Assembly: GCA_963668625.2 (NCBI GenBank)
Contig: CAXXKA010000010.1
Location: forward strand, 414,218-478,217
DNA length: 64,000 nucleotides
Direction: 5' to 3'
DNA from: an uncultured candidate division Zixibacteria bacterium
Lineage (GTDB): Bacteria; Zixibacteria; MSB-5A5; UBA10806; 4484-95
This document shows positions 28,448-39,015 of the stretch, one piece after another; position 1 is the stretch's first letter; every line of letters starts with the position of its first letter. The translations under genes were made by a program, and so were the position numbers. The notes under the pieces were generated by a model. That model was not told the DNA's origin and ran no database searches. It saw nothing but the letters and a program-made list of their open reading frames with translations.

Positions 28448-31400
28448 TCATGTATCCCGCATTGGTAGCTGTTTGGGAGCATCAACCGTAGCCTCGAGCC
28501 GGGCAGCATAGCTCGTATGTTTTTTGATATCATTGTCGGAAACATATACGACATCGAGTATTCCTCCGATCCTGACGCCGACGCGCAGAAAATTCATCTC
28601 ATCCAGGCACAGGCTCCACCCCTCGAACCAGCTTTGCAGATCGGCTTTTTGTTTCGGTGTGCCTTTGAAATGTACGATCAGGTTGATATCGCTATCGGCA
28701 TCGGCGGTGGCATTTTTCGTGCTGCCGTGTATGTATACGGCCTCGACGCCGAATCTAACCGGGTCCATCATGGAAATCATGTTTTCAGTCATACGCATTC
28801 GCCAGGCCCAATGGTTGACTTTTGATTTCTTGAATTTCGGTTTATGCTTTTTTATCGATGGAGATTCGGACTGCGGTTCGGCAAGTATCGCGACCGCCTC
28901 ATCGATATCGGCGTTCATTAATATGCGAAGTATATTACCATCCGTATTACCGGCAATATCTATGACTTTGATGACATCCGAAAGATGAGCGTATTCCGGT
29001 AGAACCTCGGCCAGGATATTATCCGCATCGCTGAAAAATTTCTCGTTGAATGCGACATTATCGTTATCAGGATATAACGGCAGATACTTGATATCGGCCT
29101 CAACCAGATCCTGGAAAAAATGAGTTCCGAACGACAGGTCAGGCACATAGTTGCCTTTCTGACGGGCCATCTCTATTAGCACGGCCGTATTGTTGATCTC
29201 GGAGTATGTAACTCTCACGCCCAGCTTGATATCGCCTCGGCTGCCCCATCTACCGGGGCCCATTAGCACGAATTTGCGTTTTGGCAATATCTTATTGAGC
29301 TTGCCAACCGCCCTACCAACGGCTATAAGCGAGGCATGCTCCGGTAACGAATCGTAACTTTCGGGATCGACATAAACCACATGAGTTATATCAGGCACCT
29401 CACCATTGGAGATGAATTTATTGGCCGAGAACAACAACTGATCATCGGGAATGTCGGTTGGTATTTCGGCGGGGGCGTCCCCCACTACGTAGCTTTGGGG
29501 GCGGCATTGCAGAAGGAAGAAATTCACGCCGTCGGAGGCGAACTCGAGATCGACCGGCTTGCCGATCTCTTTTTCCAAAAGCTGGATCATGGTTTTCATC
29601 TTATCGACGAATTTCGTGTTAGATATCAAACCATCGAAAGTAACCAGCACATCGCCCTCGTCGAAATCGATATGCCTGCCCATCGGGCGTTTGAGCATAC
29701 CATCCTCGTAAATCGATATCTGGCGTTCGATACCGGGTATATTCTCGCCCTCGACTTTCAGTAAATAATCGATATCGATAGTCTCGAAAGTTTTCGACCA
29801 CAGGTTGATGACATCCGCTTTACGAGGCGCGTACCGTACCGACTCCTCGGTAGTGGCGTTAACTCTCAAACCCGGCTGACCGGGCGCTACCAGTATCGGG
29901 TAATCATCCCCGACACGATCGACCGCCCTCGTGCCCAGCCCCATCACCAAACGTATGAGGCCGTCCTCGCGTTTGATTCTCGGCGACCAGCGAAATTCGT
30001 TGCGGCTGAACGCAACACCGGCATAGGAGGGGAAATAGTAATTGCCGACCCGGGTGCCGACCACCTCCTGAATCATTATGCCCATCTCCTCGGAAAAATC
30101 CAGAAGGCCGCGTTCGGCTCGATACTCGATCGGATCGGGACCGAATACCGAGGCGTAAACCTCAGCGATAGCATCCAGGAGAGCCACCAGGCGGCTTTGC
30201 TTGCTACCCTGATTAGCTAAAAACAGGCTTTTGTACTTTCCCGAAAACACCGCGCCTGCTCTATCCTCGAGCAAACTGGAACTTCTTACCACAAGCGGTT
30301 TATCGCCAAAATCATCCAGAGCTACCGAAAGCCCCTGGATTATCTCGGGGGGAAAATACGAGTTCTTGAATGTTTGTACTACATGCGGGTATTCCAACCG
30401 TACCTGGTTGATATCTTTGTATTTTTGCTCCACCACTTCGTTTAAATTATTGTACCTGACGAATTCCATCAGGACATTAGTGGTGATATACCAGGTTTTC
30501 GGTACTTTAATCTGATCGAATTTCTCGCGGAATTCTTTCGACTTGAGCATTATCTGCTTGGCCAAAAACAAGCCGGCGCCCTTACCTCCGAGCTTGCCTT
30601 TGCCGTCCGAGGTACAGATTATATGATCGAGCAATTCTTCGTAATCGCTGATATTGATATAGTTTTTGGCTACCTTGATAAACTCGATATCGCTCGATAA
30701 AAACTGCCTTACCAAACTCACCCGAAGGCCGCGTCTGGTGTTGGGTGGCAGCTCTATACCATCGGGGGCAATACGCCGGTAACGTTGAACGGCCTCGGCG
30801 ATATCGGCTATGGGTAAATCCTGATGAACCGCTTGTACGAGAAAACTGATTTTATCTTCCTGAATCCATTTGCGGATATAACTCAGTATCAAATCTTCAT
30901 TGAGATGCTTGTCGGCTATAGCGAAAACATCCTCGCTTAGCTTGTTAGAGAACGTGATGATACTTTTTTGATGAGGCACGTTGTCATCGTTTATCGAGCC
31001 CTCGGGATTGGCTTTCTGGATTTTGCTGTACTTGCGTAATGTCTGGTCGGCCTCCTCGTAACCGCTCCAAACCAGATGGTTCAACATCCTGCGAGAGATG
31101 TTGTGAAACAGGTTTTTATCGGTCTGGCAGAGAAGGTTCAATACTACGCGCCATTCGGGAGTCTTTTTCGCCACCAGGTCCTGTCGGGCGGTTTCGTACT
31201 CCTCGAATACCTGTTTCATGAAATTGAATATGATGAAATGACTGAGACGGTTGGCGATCGTATCCAGCAACTTGGCTTCGCCCTCCAGGAACGGCCCGAT
31301 ATCCGACACCGGTGTTTCCTCGGAGTAGTAAACACTGATACTGCCGGCCAACTTGTTGCGGATATTAATCTCGGAGTTCAACAGCCAGGGGGTCTCGGCG

Positions 31401-31627
31401 AATTCGGGCGAGGTGAATGTCGATTTCTCGATAGTGATCTTGATCTTGCATAACTCGGGATACTGCCAGCCGGTGGGGATAACCTCGATTAAACCCTTGC
31501 AGGCATCACCGATACTCAATTCGGGTTGATTCAAAATGCTTTCGATGAGATAGAGGCAGTTAAGCTCTTTTTCTCTATCCTTGAGAAAGCCAAGTAAATC
31601 GTTCGATTGTTTATCCTGATCAGTCAT
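28448..31627 (-). CDS. PEP/pyruvate-binding (PPDK_N, ATP-grasp) domain protein with N-terminal GAF-like and C-terminal nucleotidyltransferase-like domains
   Basis: LGGKGAGL, VRSSSLLED...FSGKY, MGIMIQEV, GLG..AV and DLEFA...LLQCRP motifs; C-terminal YIHGSTKN...SDINL. No phospho-His or pyruvate-binding barrel recognisable. Confidence 0.85.
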   Translation of the reverse strand: MTDQDKQSNDLLGFLKDREKELNCLYLIESILNQPELSIGDACKGLIEVIPTGWQYPELCKIKITIEKSTFTSPEFAETPWLLNSEINIRNKLAGSISVYYSEETPVSDIGPFLEGEAKLLDTIANRLSHFIIFNFMKQVFEEYETARQDLVAKKTPEWRVVLNLLCQTDKNLFHNISRRMLNHLVWSGYEEADQTLRKYSKIQKANPEGSINDDNVPHQKSIITFSNKLSEDVFAIADKHLNEDLILSYIRKWIQEDKISFLVQAVHQDLPIADIAEAVQRYRRIAPDGIELPPNTRRGLRVSLVRQFLSSDIEFIKVAKNYINISDYEELLDHIICTSDGKGKLGGKGAGLFLAKQIMLKSKEFREKFDQIKVPKTWYITTNVLMEFVRYNNLNEVVEQKYKDINQVRLEYPHVVQTFKNSYFPPEIIQGLSVALDDFGDKPLVVRSSSLLEDRAGAVFSGKYKSLFLANQGSKQSRLVALLDAIAEVYASVFGPDPIEYRAERGLLDFSEEMGIMIQEVVGTRVGNYYFPSYAGVAFSRNEFRWSPRIKREDGLIRLVMGLGTRAVDRVGDDYPILVAPGQPGLRVNATTEESVRYAPRKADVINLWSKTFETIDIDYLLKVEGENIPGIERQISIYEDGMLKRPMGRHIDFDEGDVLVTFDGLISNTKFVDKMKTMIQLLEKEIGKPVDLEFASDGVNFFLLQCRPQSYVVGDAPAEIPTDIPDDQLLFSANKFISNGEVPDITHVVYVDPESYDSLPEHASLIAVGRAVGKLNKILPKRKFVLMGPGRWGSRGDIKLGVRVTYSEINNTAVLIEMARQKGNYVPDLSFGTHFFQDLVEADIKYLPLYPDNDNVAFNEKFFSDADNILAEVLPEYAHLSDVIKVIDIAGNTDGNILRILMNADIDEAVAILAEPQSESPSIKKHKPKFKKSKVNHWAWRMRMTENMISMMDPVRFGVEAVYIHGSTKNATADADSDINLIVHFKGTPKQKADLQSWFEGWSLCLDEMNFLRVGVRIGGILDVVYVSDNDIKKHTSYAARLEATVDAPKQLPMRDT

Positions 31628-31702
31628 CGATTATCTCCCTGATTATTTATACTGTCGGCAATAATGGCATTTGCCCGGCTTTTATTATCTGAAATATAAA
31701 CA

Positions 31703-31731
31703 AATAGAGGCTTGCCAGGCAAGCCTCTATT
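31703..31731 (-). terminator. Hairpin between gdh and the PPDK_N gene
   Basis: Perfect 14-bp inverted repeat AATAGAGGCTTGCC-A-GGCAAGCCTCTATT, followed by T-rich sequence on the minus strand. Confidence 0.65.
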
Positions 31732-31760
31732 ATAAAACGAAAATCTATTTACTAAAGGGT

Positions 31761-33047
31761 CTAAATCCAACCTCGGTTGCGGCAGGCCTGCACTACTCTG
31801 TCAATCGCGATAACGTAGGCGGCATCTCGCATGTAAATCTTGCGTTTTCTGGCAAGCTCGCTGACAGCCTTGAATGCCGAGGTCATTTTGGTATCCAGAC
31901 GGCCCAGGACATCGTCTTTTTCCCAGAAATAGTTCATGTTGCTCTGCACCTGTTCGAAATAGCTGCAGGTTACGCCGCCGGCGTTGGCCAGGAAATCCGG
32001 TACCAGGAATATATTGCGTTCCTGGATAACCTTATCGGCTTCGGGAGTAGTCGGGCCGTTAGCGCCCTCGGCGATCAGTTTCACTTTTTGTGAAATCTTT
32101 TCGATATTGTCACCTCTTAACTGATGCTCCATAGCGGCCGGGATAAGTACGTCGACATCCTGCTCCAGCCAGGCGTCACCCTCTAATATCTCGTAACCAA
32201 TGCTTTTGGCTTTATCTTTATCGATTCCTCCGAACCTGTCGGTAATTTTCAGGAGGGCGTCGAGATCGACACCGGATTCGTTTTTGAAACTGTACGCGGC
32301 CTGGTCGTTCTGATCCCAGCAGGATACGCAGATTACCTTACCACCATAGTTATTGTACAGTTGGATAGCATACTGAGCTACGTTACCGAAACCCTGCACG
32401 CTGGCCGTGGTATCCTCGATTTTTATACCCATCTCGTTTAAAGCCTCGCGCACGGTGTACATAACGCCGTAGCCGGTAGCCTCGGTCCGTCCCAGCGAGC
32501 CGCCCATGCCGACCGGCTTACCGGTAATCAAGCCGGGGTACTTATTGCGATTGATAGCCTCGTATTCATCTAGCATCCACAGCATATGTTGAGCGCTGGT
32601 CATGACATCGGGGGCCGGTACATCGATAAGCGGGCCGACATCCTTGTGAATCTGGCGAATCCAGCCGCGACATATCTGTTCTTGTTCTCTCATACTTAGG
32701 TTGTGCGGATCGCAGATTACGCCGCCTTTACTGCCGCCCAGCGGGATATCGACAACAGCGGTCTTCCAGGTCATCCACATCGATAATGCTCTCACAGTAT
32801 CGACAGTCTCCTGCGGGTGAAACCGGATGCCGCCTTTGCCCGGGCCTCGGGAATCATTGTGTTGGCATCTAAAACCACGGAATACTTTAGTCGTGCCGTC
32901 ATCCATCTTAACCGGGATGCTAAAATGGTATTCTCTCATCGGCGTACGAAGGAGGTCTCTGGCGGCCTGATCGAGCCCCAGCATATCAGCCACGTTATCG
33001 AACTGTGACTGCGCCATCTCGAACGGATTGAAAGCCTTATCGGCCAT
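31761..33047 (-). CDS. gdhA: Glutamate dehydrogenase (Glu/Leu/Phe/Val dehydrogenase family)
   Basis: GPGKGGIRFHP, LGGSKGG, DVPAPD, TGKP...GGS.GR.EATGYG, QGFGNV, EGANGP and ANAGGV motifs. ORF track starts at 33152, but ATG 33047 (MADKAFNP) follows AAGGA. Confidence 0.95.
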   Translation of the reverse strand: MADKAFNPFEMAQSQFDNVADMLGLDQAARDLLRTPMREYHFSIPVKMDDGTTKVFRGFRCQHNDSRGPGKGGIRFHPQETVDTVRALSMWMTWKTAVVDIPLGGSKGGVICDPHNLSMREQEQICRGWIRQIHKDVGPLIDVPAPDVMTSAQHMLWMLDEYEAINRNKYPGLITGKPVGMGGSLGRTEATGYGVMYTVREALNEMGIKIEDTTASVQGFGNVAQYAIQLYNNYGGKVICVSCWDQNDQAAYSFKNESGVDLDALLKITDRFGGIDKDKAKSIGYEILEGDAWLEQDVDVLIPAAMEHQLRGDNIEKISQKVKLIAEGANGPTTPEADKVIQERNIFLVPDFLANAGGVTCSYFEQVQSNMNYFWEKDDVLGRLDTKMTSAFKAVSELARKRKIYMRDAAYVIAIDRVVQACRNRGWI

Positions 33048-34234
33048 TGTATCTATCCTTTCCAAAAAAATCTTGTATTTTTTTATATTGAAAAGTCCAG
33101 CCATCGTGGCTGAATTATTCATCGAGATTGATTTGATTTCCTCCTCGGACAACCTGGTTTTCTCATGCCCGGGGTTTTGCGAGTCTCCTTAATAAAAGGG
33201 CTTTGTCATTAGTTAAATAGCCCTTTCTTAATCCGGTGCAAGGATATTCGTTTGGTTTTTAAAAGTCAAGTACGATAAGCAGTAAATATAGAGATTTTTC
33301 AAATATTTTTATCTTTAATAGTGAGTATAAGCCCTGGAATCGGCTTGAACGGAGTCGGCCCGGGGAAAGATTGTCTTATTTAGCTAGATAGGTCGTATGA
33401 TACACGATTCGTGTCCTAATTCATCCTCAGCCATGCCCACAATCGCAATGCCCGTATATACAATCATTTCTAGGCTTTTCGGGAGTATTTTTAATTGAAA
33501 TCGCAGCCGAAAAACCGCTATAAATAAATTTTCTGATAGGCCCGAAAATAATACCCTAATCCTTACTGAAAACTATATGTTAATTGTATCAGTTTATTTG
33601 TCATAACCTGAATAGAATAAACCTGTTACATAAGTTGATTTTTATGTTAAGTATTGATAAATAATTCACAAAAATTTGGTTAAAAGGTGTTCTTTTTCTT
33701 GACTCGTCCGAAAGCTTATAGTAAATAGGTAACGTAGGAAGAGGAAGATTACTCGCCTTGAGTAAGGTATCACGGGAAATGATTCACTGCAAAAGGTAGA
33801 GTATAGAGTTAAATTACTTCCCTATGTTGAGTTAAAGATTAACGTCTAGAGTTTGCAGCCTTAATTAAGCTAAGTTTATCGGTGGGCTTGTTCTAGTACA
33901 CCGGTGATATAGCCTTGTTTGGTTGCAGCGGGGAAAATCATCGCAAATGTTGATGTTTAATATTTACGTCAGCTGCAGTTTGTCTAAAGTCTCACAATGG
34001 CTTATGAACCAATATCATATATGTAAATTATCATCAACTTTAAATTGTTTAACTGTTGAACAAGAGTTTGAAATTTCATCAGATTTAGCCCTGAAAAAAC
34101 TCTATAATGGATACGCCATTCTACGCGCAACTCAATGTTATATTATTGCTTATAAGAAAATCGCCGGTTTGGTTTGGTGTTTGCTCTAATATGCCCCAAA
34201 AGGCAAAATTAAATTTCTCTGGGGGGAAAATTAA

Positions 34235-36652
34235 ATGAACTTACGCAAATCCAAAATCACAGTTAATTTCATCGCAGCGCGAATCATTTTCGCGTTAATG
34301 GCAACTTTAATGATCAATTCAATTGCCGGCGCGCAATTGATCACCGATGATTCGACGGCGCACTCAATAACACTAAACTGGACAGCGCCCGGTGATGACG
34401 GCAACAATGGTACAGCATTCGAATATGACATTCGTTATTCGACCTCGTTAATTTCCGAGGGTAACTGGGATGTCGCCTCGCAAGCAATCAATGAGCCGAC
34501 TCCGTCAGCCGCCGGTTCGGCCGAATCGTTCATCGTGGATAACCTTCAACCGGCCACTACATATTATTTCGCTATTAAAACTCTGGATGATGCCAGTAAC
34601 TGTTCGGGATTGTCAAACGTGGTCTCGCGTTCGACCGGTTCCGATACCGATACCGAACCGCCTTCGGATATCTCTAACTTTTTGGCCTCTAATCCGAGCC
34701 TGTCCTCGATCGCTTTTGCCTGGACCGCGCCGGGTGATGATGGTAACAGTGGCACCGCTTCGCAGTATGATATTCGCTATTCGACTGCTAATATAACCGA
34801 GGCTAACTTCAACTCTGCCACGCAGGCTACCGGTGAGCCCACGCCTCAGGTGGCGGGAAGTGCCGAATCGTTTACGGTAGCCGGTTTGCAGTCCGGTACG
34901 ACTTATTATTTCGCTATAAAAACCCGTGATGATGCCTCGAACTGGTCGGGTATCTCTAATATCACTAACGCTACCACGCAGGTCGGCAACCTTCCGCCTT
35001 CGGATGTCGAAAACCTCGTGGCTGCCAATCCTACTACCAGTTCGGTTACGCTGGTATGGAGCGCCCCGGGCGCTGACGGCGATCAGGGGACGGTTACGCA
35101 GTATGATGTCAGATATTCAACGGTTAACATAGATGATAACTCATTCGTCCAGGCTACCCAGATTCATAATGAGCCTGCTCCGCAACCGGCCGGTACCGAA
35201 CAGTCCGTGACCATTAACGGTTTATCCGAGAATACATCTTATTATTTCGCTTTGAAAGCCGTTGATGAGGTCGATCAGTGGTCGGGTTTATCCAACATTC
35301 CCAGCATTACCACACAGGGCGGTCAGGATATCACCGCTCCCGGTACCGTCGCTAATTTCGCTGTCGAGAGCATAGATGATAATTCGGCCGACTTGAGCTG
35401 GACCGCACCCGGTGACGACGGTTTCGTCGGACAGGCTTCCGTATACGATATCAGGTACAATACCGTTGCCATCACCAACACTAACTGGGGGCAATGTACG
35501 CCGGTAAATAACGAGCCCACGCCTCAGGTTGCCGGCAGTGTAGAGACTTTTACCATAACCGGTCTTGCCGAGGGTACTACTTACTATTTCGCGATGAAAG
35601 CTTATGATGAGGTTCCTAATTACGGTCTTCTCTCCAATAACGCCTCCGGTACGACCGGAAGCGAAACGACCGCTCCCGTAGCGATTACCTCTCTTGAGGT
35701 TTCACAGGCCAACGAGCATGACGTAGAACTTAGCTGGATCGCGCCCGGTGACGATGATGATCAGGGGCAGGCCAGCCAGTATGATATAAGATATTCTCTT
35801 TCGCCGATTACGATCGCTAACTGGGGCGCCGCAGCGCAGGTCAGTAATGAGCCCGCGCCGCAGGTTGCCGGTTCCGCCGAATCATTCACCGTAGAGGGCC
35901 TGGATGCCGAGGTCAGGTACTATTTCGCGATTCGCACCGCCGATGAGGTACCCAACTGGTCAACCCTGTCGAATGTGGCTAATGTAATCACGCCGGACCA
36001 AACCGCTCCTGCCGCAATTATCGACTTGAGCGCTGCCACCGGCTACGATATCGGTTCGGTCTCTATCGAGTGGACTGCTCCGGGTGATGACGAAAACGAC
36101 GGTATCGCCCAGTCTTACGTGATTAAATACAGTTCCTCGCCGATTAATGAGGCTAACTGGAACGCCGCTATAGCCGTAAATGACCCGCCTGCTCCCATAC
36201 AGTCCGGATCGCAGCAGAATTTCGATATCGGTGGACTTAACCCGGGACAGATTTATTATGTCGCGATGAAAGCCCAGGACAATTACAGCAATATAGCCGA
36301 TATCTCCAACCTGGTTTCCGCCGAGGCCCGCCCGTTCGTTCTTGATGATATCGATGATATCAATGGTTTGCCCAGGGATTTCAATCTTTCGCAGAACTAT
36401 CCTAATCCGTTCAATCCGACGACCAATATCGATTTTGCCTTGCCCGCGCCGTCACACGTAAGCCTGAATGTCTATGATTCCAACGGCAGGCTCGTATCCA
36501 ACCTGGCCGACCACTATTTCGAGGCCGGTTATCACTCGATTGTCTGGAAAGGTGAATCCGATAGCGGCCGTAATGTTTCAACCGGTGTCTATTTCTACCA
36601 TCTGGTTGCCAACAATTTCGAGTCGACCAAAAAGATGATATTCCTGAAATAA
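34235..36652 (+). CDS. Secreted protein with six fibronectin type III repeats and T9SS/FlgD-type tail
   Basis: Six W(T/S/I)APG.D...Y..(R/K)Y...YY.A repeats; signal peptide; NYPNPFNP...TGVYFY tail. Confidence 0.9.
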   Translation: MNLRKSKITVNFIAARIIFALMATLMINSIAGAQLITDDSTAHSITLNWTAPGDDGNNGTAFEYDIRYSTSLISEGNWDVASQAINEPTPSAAGSAESFIVDNLQPATTYYFAIKTLDDASNCSGLSNVVSRSTGSDTDTEPPSDISNFLASNPSLSSIAFAWTAPGDDGNSGTASQYDIRYSTANITEANFNSATQATGEPTPQVAGSAESFTVAGLQSGTTYYFAIKTRDDASNWSGISNITNATTQVGNLPPSDVENLVAANPTTSSVTLVWSAPGADGDQGTVTQYDVRYSTVNIDDNSFVQATQIHNEPAPQPAGTEQSVTINGLSENTSYYFALKAVDEVDQWSGLSNIPSITTQGGQDITAPGTVANFAVESIDDNSADLSWTAPGDDGFVGQASVYDIRYNTVAITNTNWGQCTPVNNEPTPQVAGSVETFTITGLAEGTTYYFAMKAYDEVPNYGLLSNNASGTTGSETTAPVAITSLEVSQANEHDVELSWIAPGDDDDQGQASQYDIRYSLSPITIANWGAAAQVSNEPAPQVAGSAESFTVEGLDAEVRYYFAIRTADEVPNWSTLSNVANVITPDQTAPAAIIDLSAATGYDIGSVSIEWTAPGDDENDGIAQSYVIKYSSSPINEANWNAAIAVNDPPAPIQSGSQQNFDIGGLNPGQIYYVAMKAQDNYSNIADISNLVSAEARPFVLDDIDDINGLPRDFNLSQNYPNPFNPTTNIDFALPAPSHVSLNVYDSNGRLVSNLADHYFEAGYHSIVWKGESDSGRNVSTGVYFYHLVANNFESTKKMIFLK

Positions 36653-36721
36653 TCGAGTTAACGGTTGAGAACTACTGAGAGTAAATACAAGTAAATTTCT
36701 CGAAATAACTGTTTTCATACC

Positions 36722-36759
36722 AAACCCGTATTTTGTATTATACAACAGAATACGGGTTT
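36722..36759. terminator. Hairpin between the FN3 gene and the sensor kinase
   Basis: AAACCCGTATTTTGT...ACAGAATACGGGTTT. Confidence 0.55.
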
Positions 36760-36768
36760 ATTCGTTTT

Positions 36769-39015
36769 ATGAAAATGTTGATTAATTCGGGAAAAATAAC
36801 AACTTTAGCAATCGCTGTGTTATTGGCGATATCTTTTGATTGTACCTCGGCATTCGGTGAACGGGATTCAGCCGATTACTACCTCGATAAAGTCGACTCG
36901 ACATTAACCATACCGCCCTACCTGAGCGCTTCTCTATACACGGAGGTTCTCGATTATTTCCGTTATCATGCAGGGGATGACTCGGCTTACGCCGATAGGG
37001 ATTTCGATGACTCCGATTGGCCGGTGATTCAATCCGGTTTTAATATCGATAGCCTGCCCGATAACGACTGGAAAGGTATTGGCTGGTTCAGAGCCAATCT
37101 TCGTGTGGCGCCGGAGATGGCGAAAGTACCGATACTACTTTCAGCGCATCATTTGGGCGCAATGGAGATTTTCCTGGATGGCCGACTCGTGGAACGTTAC
37201 GGTATGGTCAGCCCCAAGCCGAGTATCGAGGAGGAGTACATTAACTCCCAGTACAAACCGGCCGTATTCCAGGTTGATGATACCCTCAGCCATATCCTGG
37301 CGATTCGTTATTCCAACTCCGAAAGCCGGTCGTATTTTCGGTTCGATAGCAATCATGGCTTTCATATCATACTTAGCAAATATTCAGATACTATCGATGA
37401 CGCTATTGATTTCGTGAGAGTCGTTAATGGCCATAACTTGGCTTTCACTGTTGCCCCCGTGCTTCTGGGAATAATTCATTTATTTTTCTTTATATTCTAT
37501 CGCAAAGCCAGGAACAACCTTCATTTCGCATTATTCGCGTTCAGCCTGGCGGTTTTACCGCTATCGTTAGTGTTAACCGAGAGATTTCCCAGTTACAGAG
37601 CGTATGAACTGTTATTCTGGGTAATGAAAATATCGGTTATCACCATGAGCGCTTTCGGGGTGGCGTTTCTTTATTCGGTTTTTTACGGCAAGCTTCTTAA
37701 AACGTTCTGGGTAATCGGAGCGGTGGGGCTGTTGCTGATAGCGTTTTCATGGTGGCTGCCGATAGAGCTTATTTATTCCTACAGTATCATAACCCTTATC
37801 GAGGTATCGCGGGTGGTGATACTGGCGGTAAAACGTCGGTTACCCGGCTCCTGGCTTATCGGCCTTGGCATTTTGAGTTTTATTGCCGCCTCGATATATG
37901 TTATGCTGGTTGATGCCAGTATGATCACCTCGCCAACGGTCAACTCGTATTTGTTGTATCTTTACGGCATGGCGATACTGGTGCTTTCCATGTCGGTATA
38001 TCTGGGTTGGGGCATGGCCAGAACCAACAAAATACTCGAACGACAGATAACCCAGGTAAAAGAGCTTTCCGAGAAGAATCTCGAACAGGAAAGGCTGGCT
38101 AAAGAACAACAGATGAGGCAGGCACTGCTGGAAACCGAAATAAATTACCGTCGCAAAGAAGCCGAGAAAGCTCGCGAACTTGCCGAGGCGTTAAAGAACC
38201 TGGAAAAAGCCCATCGAGAACTTCAGGATACCCAGTCTCAATTAGTGCAATCGGAGAAAATGGCCTCATTGGGGCAATTGGTTGCCGGTATTGCGCATGA
38301 GATCAATACGCCGGTAGGAGCGGTCAGCAGTATGCACGATACCACCCGCAGGGCTGTCGATAAGCTGAAAAAGCAGATTTTCGAGAACTGCCGTGATGAA
38401 AAACAGAGAATCGACTTCGAAAATTCATTTAAATTGATCGAAGATAATTATAAAGTTATTGATGAAGGCACAGGAAGAGTGGTAAATATAGTCAGGCGTC
38501 TTAAAAGCTTTGCCCGCCTGGATGAGGCGGAACTGAAATCGGTAGATATTCACGAAGGTATCGAGGATACATTGACATTGATTCATCACGAGATAAAGCA
38601 CGGTATAAAGGTCAATCGGAAGTATGGTGGAATACCAAATATAACATGTTTCCCCGGACAACTCAACCAGGTGTTTCTGAATATGTTGATAAATGCCAAG
38701 CACGCGATTAAAGACCGGGGCGAGATTACGATTAGGACCGGTTTGATCGATAATAAAGTATTCATAGAGATAAGCGATACCGGCGAAGGTATCGAACCGG
38801 AGAATTTAAGTCACATATTCGACCCGGGTTTCACTACGAAAGGCGTGGGGGTCGGAACCGGATTAGGGCTGGCTATTTGTTATCAGATCATTCATGACCA
38901 CATGGGTGATATAAAAGTAAAAAGCGAGCGGGGTAAAGGCGCCACTTTTACGATTATACTACCTACCGATCTGAACAGCCGGATAAACGATAAGAAGAAC
39001 GATGGTAATCGATAA
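36769..39015 (+). CDS. 7TM-DISM-like membrane sensor histidine kinase with extracellular carbohydrate-binding-like domain
   Basis: ORF track gives TTG 36733; ATG 36769 is more likely. FDDSDW...GIGWFR jelly-roll-like domain, about seven TM segments, AHEINTP H-box, and N/G1/F/G2 boxes. Confidence 0.9.
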   Translation: MKMLINSGKITTLAIAVLLAISFDCTSAFGERDSADYYLDKVDSTLTIPPYLSASLYTEVLDYFRYHAGDDSAYADRDFDDSDWPVIQSGFNIDSLPDNDWKGIGWFRANLRVAPEMAKVPILLSAHHLGAMEIFLDGRLVERYGMVSPKPSIEEEYINSQYKPAVFQVDDTLSHILAIRYSNSESRSYFRFDSNHGFHIILSKYSDTIDDAIDFVRVVNGHNLAFTVAPVLLGIIHLFFFIFYRKARNNLHFALFAFSLAVLPLSLVLTERFPSYRAYELLFWVMKISVITMSAFGVAFLYSVFYGKLLKTFWVIGAVGLLLIAFSWWLPIELIYSYSIITLIEVSRVVILAVKRRLPGSWLIGLGILSFIAASIYVMLVDASMITSPTVNSYLLYLYGMAILVLSMSVYLGWGMARTNKILERQITQVKELSEKNLEQERLAKEQQMRQALLETEINYRRKEAEKARELAEALKNLEKAHRELQDTQSQLVQSEKMASLGQLVAGIAHEINTPVGAVSSMHDTTRRAVDKLKKQIFENCRDEKQRIDFENSFKLIEDNYKVIDEGTGRVVNIVRRLKSFARLDEAELKSVDIHEGIEDTLTLIHHEIKHGIKVNRKYGGIPNITCFPGQLNQVFLNMLINAKHAIKDRGEITIRTGLIDNKVFIEISDTGEGIEPENLSHIFDPGFTTKGVGVGTGLGLAICYQIIHDHMGDIKVKSERGKGATFTIILPTDLNSRINDKKNDGNR

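Noticed and set aside
28448-31627. Canonical PEP synthase or pyruvate phosphate dikinase (ppsA/ppdK)
   Set aside because: No recognisable TSH phospho-His domain or C-terminal PEP-utilising barrel.
33923-34189. 88-aa ORF in the gdh-FN3 intergenic region
   Set aside because: TTG start, no SD, no recognisable motif.
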